Source of the DNA: an uncultured Candidatus Saccharibacteria bacterium
GTDB taxonomy: Bacteria > Patescibacteriota > Dojkabacteria > J137
Direction: 5' to 3'
Length of the DNA stretch: 64,000 bases
Assembly (NCBI GenBank): GCA_964607415.1
Contig: CAZSKK010000001.1
Span: 492,939-556,938 of the forward strand
Of the stretch, positions 17,602 to 26,793 are shown piece after piece (the first letter of the stretch is position 1; each line of letters begins with the position of its first letter). Below the pieces are notes generated by a model. The model saw nothing but the letters and a program-made list of their open reading frames with translations, did no database searches and was not told the origin of the DNA. Position numbers and translations under genes: made by a program.

Positions 17602-18897
17602 ATGCTTAAAATGAGAAGATATGAAGATACCGCGCCACAAATATTAAAAGTCAATTACGATTGTCCTCTTCCTACAACGGCTATTGAAGAGCTCGAAGGT
17701 AGAAAAACTCATTTTTATAGAGAATTTACAGGCGAGGATATCCGTTCATTTTATCAATATTATTCTAAGCGAAAAGAAACTGTTTTAATAAAAGATGAAC
17801 CTGAAGATTTGCCAACATATGAGCAAAAAGAGCAAATTGAACTCCAGAAAATAACAGAAGCAATTTTTGAGGCAGTCTTTTCAAAGCACGATCCAGTTCT
17901 ACTAAAACAAATATTAAAGGGTCAAGAAACAGAGAGGTTTACGGTTCTAACAGATTCTTTAATTAATGCTTTATTAAATCTCGACCTTCCTGAAAGTAAT
18001 CTAGAAATTAATGAGTATGTTCTATCCACTGATACTAACCGTGACAAGCTACTATTTGGAAGATGTGGAGATGGAATTGATATTGCAAGAGCGTATCTTG
18101 CTTACTTAGGTGTAGGATTTGATCCTACTGATATATTGTCTAGGAATGAAATATTTACTAGATTAAGTATACTTTCTAACCTAAAAAGAATTCTCGACCA
18201 AATTCCAACTGATACTGAAGATGCACTACTTTTTAGAAACTCAGTTCATTATAACTTTGAGTATATTGTTCAAACAATTGAGTTGATATTAGGCTCACTT
18301 GAATTAAATGGTTGGGACAAATCGGCAAAGCTTGAGGATCAATTTAAGTATGTGGGCTTAACTGAAATAAGAGGTTTTTATTCATTCAGCTTTGGGCTTA
18401 ATTCCTTCAAGCACTTTTTTAGTAAACTAAATAACTATCCTAATGCCGAAATAAAGTTTAAATACTGCTCAAGAACCAGGATAGTTAGAAAAAAAGCAGC
18501 TCAAGACGAACATATAATTTTCCCCCTAGGTTCTTTTAATCCCAAAGCTGTAGATTCTAAAGGAACAATTCTAAAAGACTTTTTGAATAGGCTTAATGTA
18601 GCATCGTGCATTTTTAACGGAAGAAAAATAGAAAATGGTGAAGATCAAAATTTACCTTATACGAATTTATCAAACAGAAGAATATATGAAATACTTGGCA
18701 AAACTCAAACAGTTTCACTAAATACCGATTTACAATTGGTAAATATGCTTGATAATCAAATAAATTTAGGAATCGAAGATATTCACTGTGCTAAAGGTGT
18801 TCTAAAGTATATTGAATATTTAATTATGTGCCAGAATGAAGAAGTTTCGTATCAAGGAGGGTTTCTTTTGGAGGCTGCTATGCACCACGAAGCATAA
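17602..18897 (+). CDS. Hypothetical protein.
   Basis: 431-aa ORF with no recognisable motif. Preceded by a 360-bp AT-rich leader. Confidence 0.5.
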   Translation: MLKMRRYEDTAPQILKVNYDCPLPTTAIEELEGRKTHFYREFTGEDIRSFYQYYSKRKETVLIKDEPEDLPTYEQKEQIELQKITEAIFEAVFSKHDPVLLKQILKGQETERFTVLTDSLINALLNLDLPESNLEINEYVLSTDTNRDKLLFGRCGDGIDIARAYLAYLGVGFDPTDILSRNEIFTRLSILSNLKRILDQIPTDTEDALLFRNSVHYNFEYIVQTIELILGSLELNGWDKSAKLEDQFKYVGLTEIRGFYSFSFGLNSFKHFFSKLNNYPNAEIKFKYCSRTRIVRKKAAQDEHIIFPLGSFNPKAVDSKGTILKDFLNRLNVASCIFNGRKIENGEDQNLPYTNLSNRRIYEILGKTQTVSLNTDLQLVNMLDNQINLGIEDIHCAKGVLKYIEYLIMCQNEEVSYQGGFLLEAAMHHEA

Positions 18898-18903
18898 ATG
18901 CCA

Positions 18904-18938
18904 AAGAAGCCGAAACGTCGCCGTTTCGGCTTCTTTCG
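18904..18938. terminator. Bidirectional intrinsic terminator between convergent 17602..18897 (+) and thrS (-).
   Basis: aagaagccgaaacg tcgc cgtttcggcttctt is a perfect 14-bp inverted repeat with T-rich tails on both strands. Confidence 0.6.
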
Positions 18939-18974
18939 TAGCCTTTCTTGTCCGTGACTTCGAAGTCGCTGCTA

Positions 18975-20726
18975 CTACAAATCCAAAGATTTACTTTCGA
19001 TCTTTTCCTTAACTCTTTTTACAAAATCCGCAACGCTCATTTCGCCCAAAGTTTCTCCATTTCTTAATCTAATATTAACTGAATTATTTTCAATTTCTTT
19101 ATCTCCAATTACAACAATGTATGGTATTTTCTGGCCTTGAGCTTTCCTTATTTTATTTCCTAGCGTTTCTGCATCTAAATTTAAGTGTGATCTGATTCCT
19201 GCCTTTTTTAATTCCTCATGAACATTGCCTGCATAATCAGCGTGCTTTTCAGAAGAAATTGGTAAGATCTCTACTTGCTCGTAAGAAAGCCACACAGGGA
19301 AATTTCCGGCAGTATGTTCAATATAAACAGACATAAACCTTTCAATCGAACCTAGTAATGCCTTATGGATCATAACTGGCATCTGCTCACTTCCATCTTT
19401 ATCTGTGTATTTTAGTTCAAATCTTGATGGCTGGATAAAATCCAATTGTTCAGTAGCACATTGCCATTCTCTACCTAAAGAATCAGTGATTAAAATATCA
19501 ATTTTAGGGCCATAAAAAGCCGCTTCACCAATCGCAACAAAGTAATCTAAATCTAATTTTTTTGCTACATCTTCAATTATTTTTTGCGCATTCTCCCAGG
19601 TTGCATCATCTCCATGATATTTTTCGGGCTGATCAGGATCTCTAAAAGATAGTCTGGCTTTAAATTCTAAGCCTAAAGCTTTATATAAGGTTTTAATCAT
19701 ACCCATTATATTCGTAAACTCATATTCTATTTGATCTAACCTACAAAATATATGTGCATCATCTTGGGTTAATGATCTAACTCTTGATAAACCCAAAAGC
19801 TCTCCTGCTTTTTCATCTCGATAGTTTGTTGTTGTTTCAAAATATCTAATTGGTAAATCTTTATAGCTTCTTGGTTCTGAAGCGTAAATTTGAGTATGAT
19901 GTGGGCAATTCATTGGTTTCATTACAAACACATCATCAGTTTCTTGGCTATTAACAATAAATAGTTCGTTACCAAATTTATCCCAGTGACCTGACTTTTT
20001 ATAAAGATCAGTTTTTGTAATATGAGGAATCCAAACCTGTTCAAAACCTCCATCTTTTTGTAGCTGCTCAGAAAAGCTTGCAAGTTGCTGTCTTAAAAAC
20101 GCACCTTTGGGAGTAAAAAGTGGAAGACCTGAGCCAACAAGTTCCGAAATTGTAAATAAACCTAATTCTTTACCAATTTTCCTATGATCTCTTTTTTTTG
20201 CTTCTTCGAGTTTAGCTAAATATTCATCCATTTCAGCCTTTGATTCGAATGCAATTCCGTAAACTCTAGTTAGCATATCGTTTTTTTCATCTCCTCGCCA
20301 ATATGCTCCAGATAAACTCATTAATTTAAATGCTTTTATTTCTGAAGTTTTAGCAACGTGAGGTCCTTTACATAGATCTACGTACTCATTTCCTGTCCAA
20401 TAAACAGTCAACGATTTACCTTCGTTTGCCCACTGCTCCATCCATTCAAGTTTGTATTTATTATTCTTGAACATTTCTTTGGCTTCATCAATACTGATTT
20501 CTTTTTCAGTTATAGGCAAATCTTTATCAATGATTTCTTGCATTTTCTTTTCGATTTTTGCAAAGTCATCTTCGGATAATTTTACATCCCATTTTGCATC
20601 ATTTGCAAAACCTGTATCCGAAATGTGCGCTACTGCTAAAGTTACTTTATCTCCATAGAGTTCTTTTACTGCTTGCGCAAAAACGTGTTCTGCTGAGTGT
20701 TTGATTTTATAATTTTGATCTTCCAT
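18975..20726 (-). CDS. thrS: Threonyl-tRNA synthetase, short form lacking the N-terminal TGS domain.
   Basis: SAD/editing region (HSAEHV...), class II core (FRDPDQPEKYHG, RVRSLTQDDAHIFC) and a C-terminal anticodon-binding domain. Confidence 0.9.
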   Translation of the reverse strand: MEDQNYKIKHSAEHVFAQAVKELYGDKVTLAVAHISDTGFANDAKWDVKLSEDDFAKIEKKMQEIIDKDLPITEKEISIDEAKEMFKNNKYKLEWMEQWANEGKSLTVYWTGNEYVDLCKGPHVAKTSEIKAFKLMSLSGAYWRGDEKNDMLTRVYGIAFESKAEMDEYLAKLEEAKKRDHRKIGKELGLFTISELVGSGLPLFTPKGAFLRQQLASFSEQLQKDGGFEQVWIPHITKTDLYKKSGHWDKFGNELFIVNSQETDDVFVMKPMNCPHHTQIYASEPRSYKDLPIRYFETTTNYRDEKAGELLGLSRVRSLTQDDAHIFCRLDQIEYEFTNIMGMIKTLYKALGLEFKARLSFRDPDQPEKYHGDDATWENAQKIIEDVAKKLDLDYFVAIGEAAFYGPKIDILITDSLGREWQCATEQLDFIQPSRFELKYTDKDGSEQMPVMIHKALLGSIERFMSVYIEHTAGNFPVWLSYEQVEILPISSEKHADYAGNVHEELKKAGIRSHLNLDAETLGNKIRKAQGQKIPYIVVIGDKEIENNSVNIRLRNGETLGEMSVADFVKRVKEKIESKSLDL

Positions 20727-20798
20727 AGTGTTTTTTAGTAATGGGTTTTGTAATTGTTTATATTAATTAATATTTATAGTTGACGAGTTTGCGAGTTA

Positions 20799-20832
20799 GT
20801 ATCTGCTATCTGCTATCTGCTATCTGCTAAAC
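20799..20832. repeat. Heptamer microsatellite (TCTGCTA, about 4.5 units) in the thrS upstream region.
   Basis: agtatctgctatctgctatctgctatctgctaaac. Degenerate GCTATCTGCTAT-like strings also occur in other intergenic regions (around 500, 15020, 42040). Confidence 0.6.
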
Positions 20833-20887
20833 AATTGTACTACTTATAAATGTAAATTGAAAAATACTAACTTTAAATTGTGAATTA

Positions 20888-20913
20888 TCTTTGATTTTTG
20901 AGTATTTGGATTT
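20888..20913 (+). repeat. Hairpin with the conserved 13-nt loop TGAGCTTGTCGAA (stem CACCC/GGGT(T)). Two further copies flank the GIY-YIG gene.
   Basis: gtcaccctgagcttgtcgaagggttaa. The same loop sequence occurs at 61786-61816 (plus strand, A at loop position 11) and at 62168-62191 (minus strand). Confidence 0.5.
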
Positions 20914-21281
20914 GTTTTTTTATGTCACCCTGAGCTTGTCGAAGGGTTAATATTCGTGCTTAGTTATTCCCCCAAAGGGGTTGTTGTTGAAGCTGTTGTG
21001 AAGAATTTGCTAATCTTTTTCATTAAGTAAGATTATAGCTAAGTATATTCTAAATTTCAAATGGCAATAATTAAAGTTCAAATGTATCACAAGACTCAAA
21101 ACTACTTGCGAATTGAATTCTTATTAAACTTGTTGATCTGTGATTTGGAATTTATGAGTTACAAACTTACTTGTTACTAATTCGTTATTCTAATGATAAA
21201 ATGGATTAGTTTCTATTGGAAGCTGGCAGCTGATGGCTGTGAGCAAGCCTTTGACATTTAACTATTAACTTGTAACTAAAT

Positions 21282-23138
21282 ATGTGCGGACTAACAGGTT
21301 TTACAGGAACACCCAATTCTGAAATCCTTGAGAAAATGACAGCTTCTATAAAACATAGAGGTCCCGATGACACGGCATATATTGTAAGTTCAAAATACTC
21401 AGTTGGCTATAGAAGACTTGCAATTATTGATTTATCGGCAAATATTTACCCAATTGAAAATGAAAAGAAAACAATCTCTTTGGTTTTAAATGGAGAAATC
21501 TATAATTATCAGGATTTAAGAAAAGAGTTGGAATCCAGAGGACATGAATTCAAAACTGAATCTGATTCTGAAACTATAGTTCACGGTTACGAAGAATGGG
21601 GCTATGAAGTTGTTGAACATTTACGAGGTATGTTTGTATTTGTTCTTTACGATAAAGAAAAGGATGAGCTATTTATTGCTCGTGATAGACTTGGAATTAA
21701 GCCTCTTTACTATGCAAAACATGAAGGTAGAGTTGCATTTTCATCTGAAATTAAATCAATTTTAGCGGGCTTTGATATACCTAGAGAGCCTAATGATGAA
21801 GTTGTAGCAAAATTTTTAAAAACAAGAGTTCATGATGATACAGAAAATACTTTCTTTAAAAATATAAAGAGATTACTTCCAGGTCATTTTATGATTTTAA
21901 AGTTTGATGATTCTGATACACAAATTAAAATTCAAAAATATTGGAACCCTGAATTTAATTCCGAATTTAAATCTAAAAAAAGTGATGCAGATTATGCAGC
22001 TGAATTTAAAGAGAATTTTTCTGAAGCGGTTAAACTTCATTTGATTGCCGACGTACCTGTTGGAATTACACTTTCAGGAGGATTAGATTCAAGTGGAATT
22101 GTAAGCCTAGCCTCAAAACTAACTAATGATGCTCTAACTATTGATCAAGTTGAAGGAAGATCTAAAAAAGCTGAGATTATTGCATTCTCTGCCGTTCATC
22201 CAGGCGAAACAATTGATGAATCTGAATATATTGATTCAGTTGTAAATTATACAGGAATAAAATCAGTAAAGATTCAACCTAATGTAGATCAGTTCTGGGA
22301 AGAGTTGGATACTTGGACATATTTTCAGGAAGAACCTGTTATAAGTGGTGCGCCATATGCATATTACGTTGTAATGCGAGAAGCCAGAAAACAGGTTACG
22401 GTTTTACTTTCGGGCCAGGGTGGTGACGAATTGCTAGCAGGTTACATTCCTTATTTTGCAACATATTTAAACTCTGCAAAAGATCAGCATAAATACTTAC
22501 CTATGATTAGAGAAAGCTTTATGGGTCGTGATCTATACTTTAAGTATTTTATGCAAAAAATTGGATCAAAAGTAAATTCGGGAAATCCAATTGTGCCCTC
22601 TGAAATTTTAACTGATGAAGCAAACTCAGTTACACTTGATAAATTTGTGCCAAGTAGGAATCTTAATGAAAGGCTGTTTTATGATGTAACAACACATACA
22701 ACACCAGCACTATTAAGATATGAAGATAAAAACTCAATGGCTCATTCATTAGAATCCAGAGTTCCATTTTTTGACCATAAAGTTGTTGAATATATTTTTA
22801 ATCTTCCGATTGATCAGAAAATTAAATTTGGTTGGAACAGATTTATATATAGAAATGCAATGAAAGGCATAATTCCAGAAATGAATAGAACCCGAAGAAG
22901 TAAAGTTGGATTTACAAATCCAGAATGGGAATGGATAGAAAGAAGAGCTGACAAATTTAGAGAGATTTTTGTATCTGAAACATTCAGAAGTAGAAAATAT
23001 TGGAATGCCGAAAAAGTTCTTTCTGAATTTGAACTGGCATTACATAATAAAAAGAAAGGCGATATCTTGTTCTTCTGGAGATTATTCTCGGTTGAAATGT
23101 GGATGAGAACTTACGTTGATAAGTTTGAAGCGAGATAA
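21282..23138 (+). CDS. asnB: Asparagine synthetase (glutamine-hydrolysing).
   Basis: N-terminal MCGLTG (class II Ntn amidotransferase Cys2) and the PP-loop SGGLDSS. Confidence 0.9.
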   Translation: MCGLTGFTGTPNSEILEKMTASIKHRGPDDTAYIVSSKYSVGYRRLAIIDLSANIYPIENEKKTISLVLNGEIYNYQDLRKELESRGHEFKTESDSETIVHGYEEWGYEVVEHLRGMFVFVLYDKEKDELFIARDRLGIKPLYYAKHEGRVAFSSEIKSILAGFDIPREPNDEVVAKFLKTRVHDDTENTFFKNIKRLLPGHFMILKFDDSDTQIKIQKYWNPEFNSEFKSKKSDADYAAEFKENFSEAVKLHLIADVPVGITLSGGLDSSGIVSLASKLTNDALTIDQVEGRSKKAEIIAFSAVHPGETIDESEYIDSVVNYTGIKSVKIQPNVDQFWEELDTWTYFQEEPVISGAPYAYYVVMREARKQVTVLLSGQGGDELLAGYIPYFATYLNSAKDQHKYLPMIRESFMGRDLYFKYFMQKIGSKVNSGNPIVPSEILTDEANSVTLDKFVPSRNLNERLFYDVTTHTTPALLRYEDKNSMAHSLESRVPFFDHKVVEYIFNLPIDQKIKFGWNRFIYRNAMKGIIPEMNRTRRSKVGFTNPEWEWIERRADKFREIFVSETFRSRKYWNAEKVLSEFELALHNKKKGDILFFWRLFSVEMWMRTYVDKFEAR

Positions 23139-23171
23139 GTGCTTACGTAAATCCTGCCCTCGATGAATACA

Positions 23172-23285
23172 CCCCTCCTTGCTCCTCCCCAGTTTTGGGG
23201 AGGAGACCTAGTGGAGGGAATATATTAAAACTAAGCTACTCTCAAATTAATCTCCCCGCCTATGCAGGAGGGGATAAAGGGGAGG
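23172..23285. repeat. Two GC-rich imperfect palindromic elements (23172-23219 and 23252-23285) between asnB and the DUF559 gene.
   Basis: cccctccttgctcctcccc agtt ttggggaggagacctagtggaggg, and tctccccgcctatgcaggaggggataaaggggagg. They are strongly GC-rich against an AT-rich background. Confidence 0.55.
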
Positions 23286-23301
23286 TAAGTAAAGGTAAGT
23301 T

Positions 23302-23667
23302 ATGCAAGTAAATAATCCATACAACAAAAAACTAGTCCATTACTCAAAAGACTTGCGCGCTAATGCAACACCAGGCGAAAGACTACTATGGAAGTTTATA
23401 AACAAAAATCAACAAGGAGTTAAGTTTCGAAGGCAGCACCCACTTCTTAATTATATTGTAGATTTTTACTGTATAAAACTTAGACTTGCCATTGAAATTG
23501 ATGGCAGTAGCCACGATGAAGCTAAGTATTTATATGACAAGCGAAGACAAGTAGAGCTTGAATCTGTTGGCGTTACATTCCTACGCTTCACTGAGCATGA
23601 AACACGTTACAATATCGAAAGTGTATTGCAGACTATTGAGCTGAAAGTATGTGAATTACAGATTTAA
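23302..23667 (+). CDS. DUF559 / Vsr-like endonuclease-domain protein.
   Basis: ERLLWKFI...FRRQHPLLNYIVDFYCIKLRLAIEIDGSSHDE...VGVTFLRFTEHE fits the DUF559 restriction-endonuclease-like fold signature. Confidence 0.7.
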   Translation: MQVNNPYNKKLVHYSKDLRANATPGERLLWKFINKNQQGVKFRRQHPLLNYIVDFYCIKLRLAIEIDGSSHDEAKYLYDKRRQVELESVGVTFLRFTEHETRYNIESVLQTIELKVCELQI

Positions 23668-24311
23668 ATTTCTTGGAACAATGGCATTTGCTCTCCCTTT
23701 TCAATTGTTCTTAAAGATTTTTTTACATACCATTCCCCTTCCCAAAAAGCTACTTTTACATCACTTCCTTCATCTATTTGCCCAGTGTAAACACCTTCCT
23801 CATCAAGCGAAAACTGTATGAAATTGTTCCCATGATAAATACCAACTGGAACTTCTACACCTTCAACAGCTCCAATAGATAGTAGGCCTAACTCGGTTTG
23901 AATATTAAGATAGACTTGTGGATTTTCAGTTTCTGGAACAAATGAAAGAGAAAAAAATTTCTCTTTTGAGATTTGAGAAATATATGCATTTTGTCCTAGT
24001 TCGAAAAAATGCCTATCCTTGCCTATTTTTAGAAATTCTGGAGTGCCATGATTGTCAAAATAAATTTCTCCAAAGCCTGTTTCGGTATGTAGCATCTCAT
24101 AAAGCTCTACTTTTTCATTATACTTACTTGCTATATATATTATAGGCCCCTCATTAGTGGTGATAAATCTTCCAGAATCGTAAGGCTGAAAATAAAAATG
24201 CTTCCCATTACAAGTATTTAATGTATTTGGATTTTCCCATTCATCAAGAAGCAAACTCCCTACATTTTTAATCTCAATAATTTCATCAACTTCATCGACC
24301 TTTTGATACAT
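23664..24311 (-). CDS. Hypothetical protein.
   Basis: 215-aa ORF. 4-nt overlap with the convergent DUF559 gene. Confidence 0.5.
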   Translation of the reverse strand: MYQKVDEVDEIIEIKNVGSLLLDEWENPNTLNTCNGKHFYFQPYDSGRFITTNEGPIIYIASKYNEKVELYEMLHTETGFGEIYFDNHGTPEFLKIGKDRHFFELGQNAYISQISKEKFFSLSFVPETENPQVYLNIQTELGLLSIGAVEGVEVPVGIYHGNNFIQFSLDEEGVYTGQIDEGSDVKVAFWEGEWYVKKSLRTIEKGEQMPLFQEI

Positions 24312-24614
24312 ATGTCTTACTTAAAATATACAATCTATAGTATCTGGACCATGCCTTGAACACTATATGTTGCGTTTATACTAAACCTTTCTGTTTTTAA
24401 TTTCAATAGTTTTTATATAAATTGCTGCGTGAAACTGGAAACAAGCGTGAAACGTCTATTGATTGGTACTTTTATATAGTATGTAATAAATATAGCAAGA
24501 ATCTATTTGGGATATATAAGAAGCAACCAGCACATAGCAGATAGCTTATAGTAATGTTTCTACTTGCTAACCGCTATGAGCTATTTGCTGACTGTTATAT
24601 GCTAAAATAGCACC

Positions 24615-25850
24615 ATGACTCCAAAAGACAGAACAATTGATACAGGAATACTAGGTCTACCCTACCCCGTAATTGGACTTGCACCTATTGATGGTGTTTC
24701 TGATGCTGCTTTTAGAAGAATTACAAAGAAATATGGAAATCCTGATTTGATTTTTACTGAATTTACGCATGTAATGGGCTTATGTTTTGCTGCGGAAAAT
24801 ATACTAAATACTTTTGATTATGAAGAAATGGAAAGACCAATAGTGGCACAAATTTTTGGGAAAGACCCAGAGTATTTTTATCACGCTGCAAAAGTGATTT
24901 GTGCATTAGGATTTGATGGCGTTGATATAAATATGGGCTGCCCCGCGCATAGTGTTTCTAGTAAAGGTGCTGGCGCTGGTCTTATAAAAACTCCAGATTT
25001 AGCAAGAGAAATTATTTTTCAAACTAAACTTGGAGTGAGTGATTGGGTTAAAGATGGAAAGCTTACAGGATTGAGGCCCAAAGCACAAAGAGCGATTGAA
25101 AAAATGGCAGAAAGGAACCAATTAAGAGTTACCACCCCCATCCCCTCTTTTTCTCCCCCAGATCTGGGGGAGAAGCCGAAGGCAGAGGGGGTGGGGGTGA
25201 CTAACCTGCTCGCTCGCGACTCGAAGCTGGTAGCTCGTAGCTCAATCCCGGTTTCGGTCAAAACGCGTATCGGTTACGATGAACCTGTTACTAAAAGCTG
25301 GATTAAAAATCTTGAAAAAGGAAACCCTCAGTGGATTACAGTTCATGGACGAACTTTAAAACAGATGTATACAGGAAATTCAGACTGGAACCAAATTAAA
25401 ATTGCAGTAGAAACCACAGATATACCTGTTATGGCAAACGGTGATGTTAAAGAACACGCAGATATACAAAAGATTTTAGATGCAACAGGAGCTAAAGGGA
25501 CGTTAGTTGCAAGAGGTGCGTTTGGTAACCCGTGGATTTTTGCCTCACCCCCTGCCCCTCTCCTTCAGGAGAGGGTGGCAAGCGCAAGCGAGCCGGGTGA
25601 GGTGTTAGCTGTTCTTCTAGAACACGCCAAACTTTTTGACGAACTGAATAACTACTCCGAAAAAGCATTTGTGCAAATGCGAAAACATTTTGCATGGTAC
25701 ATTAATACAATTACCAAAATGCAAGGAACAAATAACAATAATGTTAAGTTTTTCTTAAAAATGAAGGATTTAAAGACGAAATTGATGCAGGTGAGTAGCT
25801 CAAAACAGGTGGAGCGAGAGGTAGAAAGCTTTAGAGCAGTAGAGCGTTAG
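24615..25850 (+). CDS. tRNA-dihydrouridine synthase (Dus family) carrying two in-frame GC-rich insertions.
   Basis: Dus motifs NMGCP, KTRIG, HGRT and GNPWIF are present. The insertions are TTPIPSFSPPDLGEKPKAEGVGVTNLLARDSKLVARSS and ASPPAPLLQERVASASEPGEVLAV. Confidence 0.8.
   Translation: MTPKDRTIDTGILGLPYPVIGLAPIDGVSDAAFRRITKKYGNPDLIFTEFTHVMGLCFAAENILNTFDYEEMERPIVAQIFGKDPEYFYHAAKVICALGFDGVDINMGCPAHSVSSKGAGAGLIKTPDLAREIIFQTKLGVSDWVKDGKLTGLRPKAQRAIEKMAERNQLRVTTPIPSFSPPDLGEKPKAEGVGVTNLLARDSKLVARSSIPVSVKTRIGYDEPVTKSWIKNLEKGNPQWITVHGRTLKQMYTGNSDWNQIKIAVETTDIPVMANGDVKEHADIQKILDATGAKGTLVARGAFGNPWIFASPPAPLLQERVASASEPGEVLAVLLEHAKLFDELNNYSEKAFVQMRKHFAWYINTITKMQGTNNNNVKFFLKMKDLKTKLMQVSSSKQVEREVESFRAVER
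25131..25258. repeat. GC-rich imperfect palindromic element inserted in frame in dus (palindromic core 25133-25199).
   Basis: cacccccatcccctctttttctccccca gatc tgggggagaagccgaaggcagagggggtgggggtg. No stop codons in the gene frame. Confidence 0.55.
25543..25604. repeat. Second GC-rich palindromic element inserted in frame in dus.
   Basis: cctcacccc ctgcccctctcc ttca ggagagggtggcaagcgcaagcgagccgggtgagg. It shares the GGGTGGC..GCCGGGTGAGG motif with the elements at 5634-5657 and 42417-42439. Confidence 0.5.
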
Positions 25851-25944
25851 AGAGGCTCAAGTCTCGTCATTGAAATTCCTAAGTGTATAAATCCTACCCT
25901 CTGACTGCCGATTTCCAGCTCTATCCTCTGTCTTCTTTCAATAT

Positions 25945-26790
25945 TTAAAAGTTCGCTCGATTTTCACTATTTTTATTTTTTACAAAAGCTTCCTTTTTTG
26001 TTTCCAATTCACCAATTAGACTATCTATCCTAGTAGTGTAAGTACTATTATTCCTATCCCTAAAAGATTTTCTTAAAACTCTTAAAGCTACAATATCAGC
26101 ATCAATAGCCGCTTCTTGATCTTGCATGTTTGAATAGTCTAAGTTTTCCATCTCTTCTAACTCTAAAATATCTCTTCTGTTTTCAAGATTGTCAAGTAAA
26201 GGCTTAACCGAAGGATCATCAGCGTACATTTCTAAAATTGCAATTACTGAATTTAATTCTTCTTTATTAACTGTTGCTTTGCTAATTAATTCTTTTGCTT
26301 TATCTAGTGCATTAAGTTTTGCAACCTGATCAATCTTTTTGCTATTGGCAACTAAGGTATCAGCTGATTGTAATTGTCCATACATATCATAATAACTTGA
26401 AATTGTGTCACGATTTATATATCCTAAACCTTCTTCAACAACTTCATAATTTCCTTTCGTAAGCAATTCTAAATTTCTTTGCTTTTCTTCTTCTGTTTCA
26501 CCTAGAGATAGCCTTTTTTCATGTTCTGATTTAAGTTTGTCTGCTTGTGTTTCAAATTGTTGCCCTGCTAAATTGTTTAGTTTATTCAATAGTTTAGACT
26601 TTTGTTCAGCTGTGAAATTACCTTGAAATATAGCGTTTCTAAGCTCAGCTGGATCATTTTGTGAATCCAAAAAATCTTGAAAAGCTGCATTTGGATCCTG
26701 TGCTACTTCACCACCTGATTGACCTGTGATTCCTTGCGATCCTGCATCTGTTGTAGCTTCAACTTCATCAGTAATTTCTTCTTGTGCCAT
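25945..26790 (-). CDS. Hypothetical coiled-coil protein, the last gene of the giant-protein operon.
   Basis: 281 aa, acidic and helical. 4-bp gap to the upstream gene. Confidence 0.5.
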   Translation of the reverse strand: MAQEEITDEVEATTDAGSQGITGQSGGEVAQDPNAAFQDFLDSQNDPAELRNAIFQGNFTAEQKSKLLNKLNNLAGQQFETQADKLKSEHEKRLSLGETEEEKQRNLELLTKGNYEVVEEGLGYINRDTISSYYDMYGQLQSADTLVANSKKIDQVAKLNALDKAKELISKATVNKEELNSVIAILEMYADDPSVKPLLDNLENRRDILELEEMENLDYSNMQDQEAAIDADIVALRVLRKSFRDRNNSTYTTRIDSLIGELETKKEAFVKNKNSENRANF

Positions 26791-26793
26791 TAT

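Noticed and set aside
25019-25695. Minus-strand ORFs 25019..25261 and 25492..25695 inside dus
   Set aside because: They are read-throughs of the GC-rich palindromic elements on the opposite strand. They are Pro/Gly/Ser-rich low-complexity artefacts with no start context.
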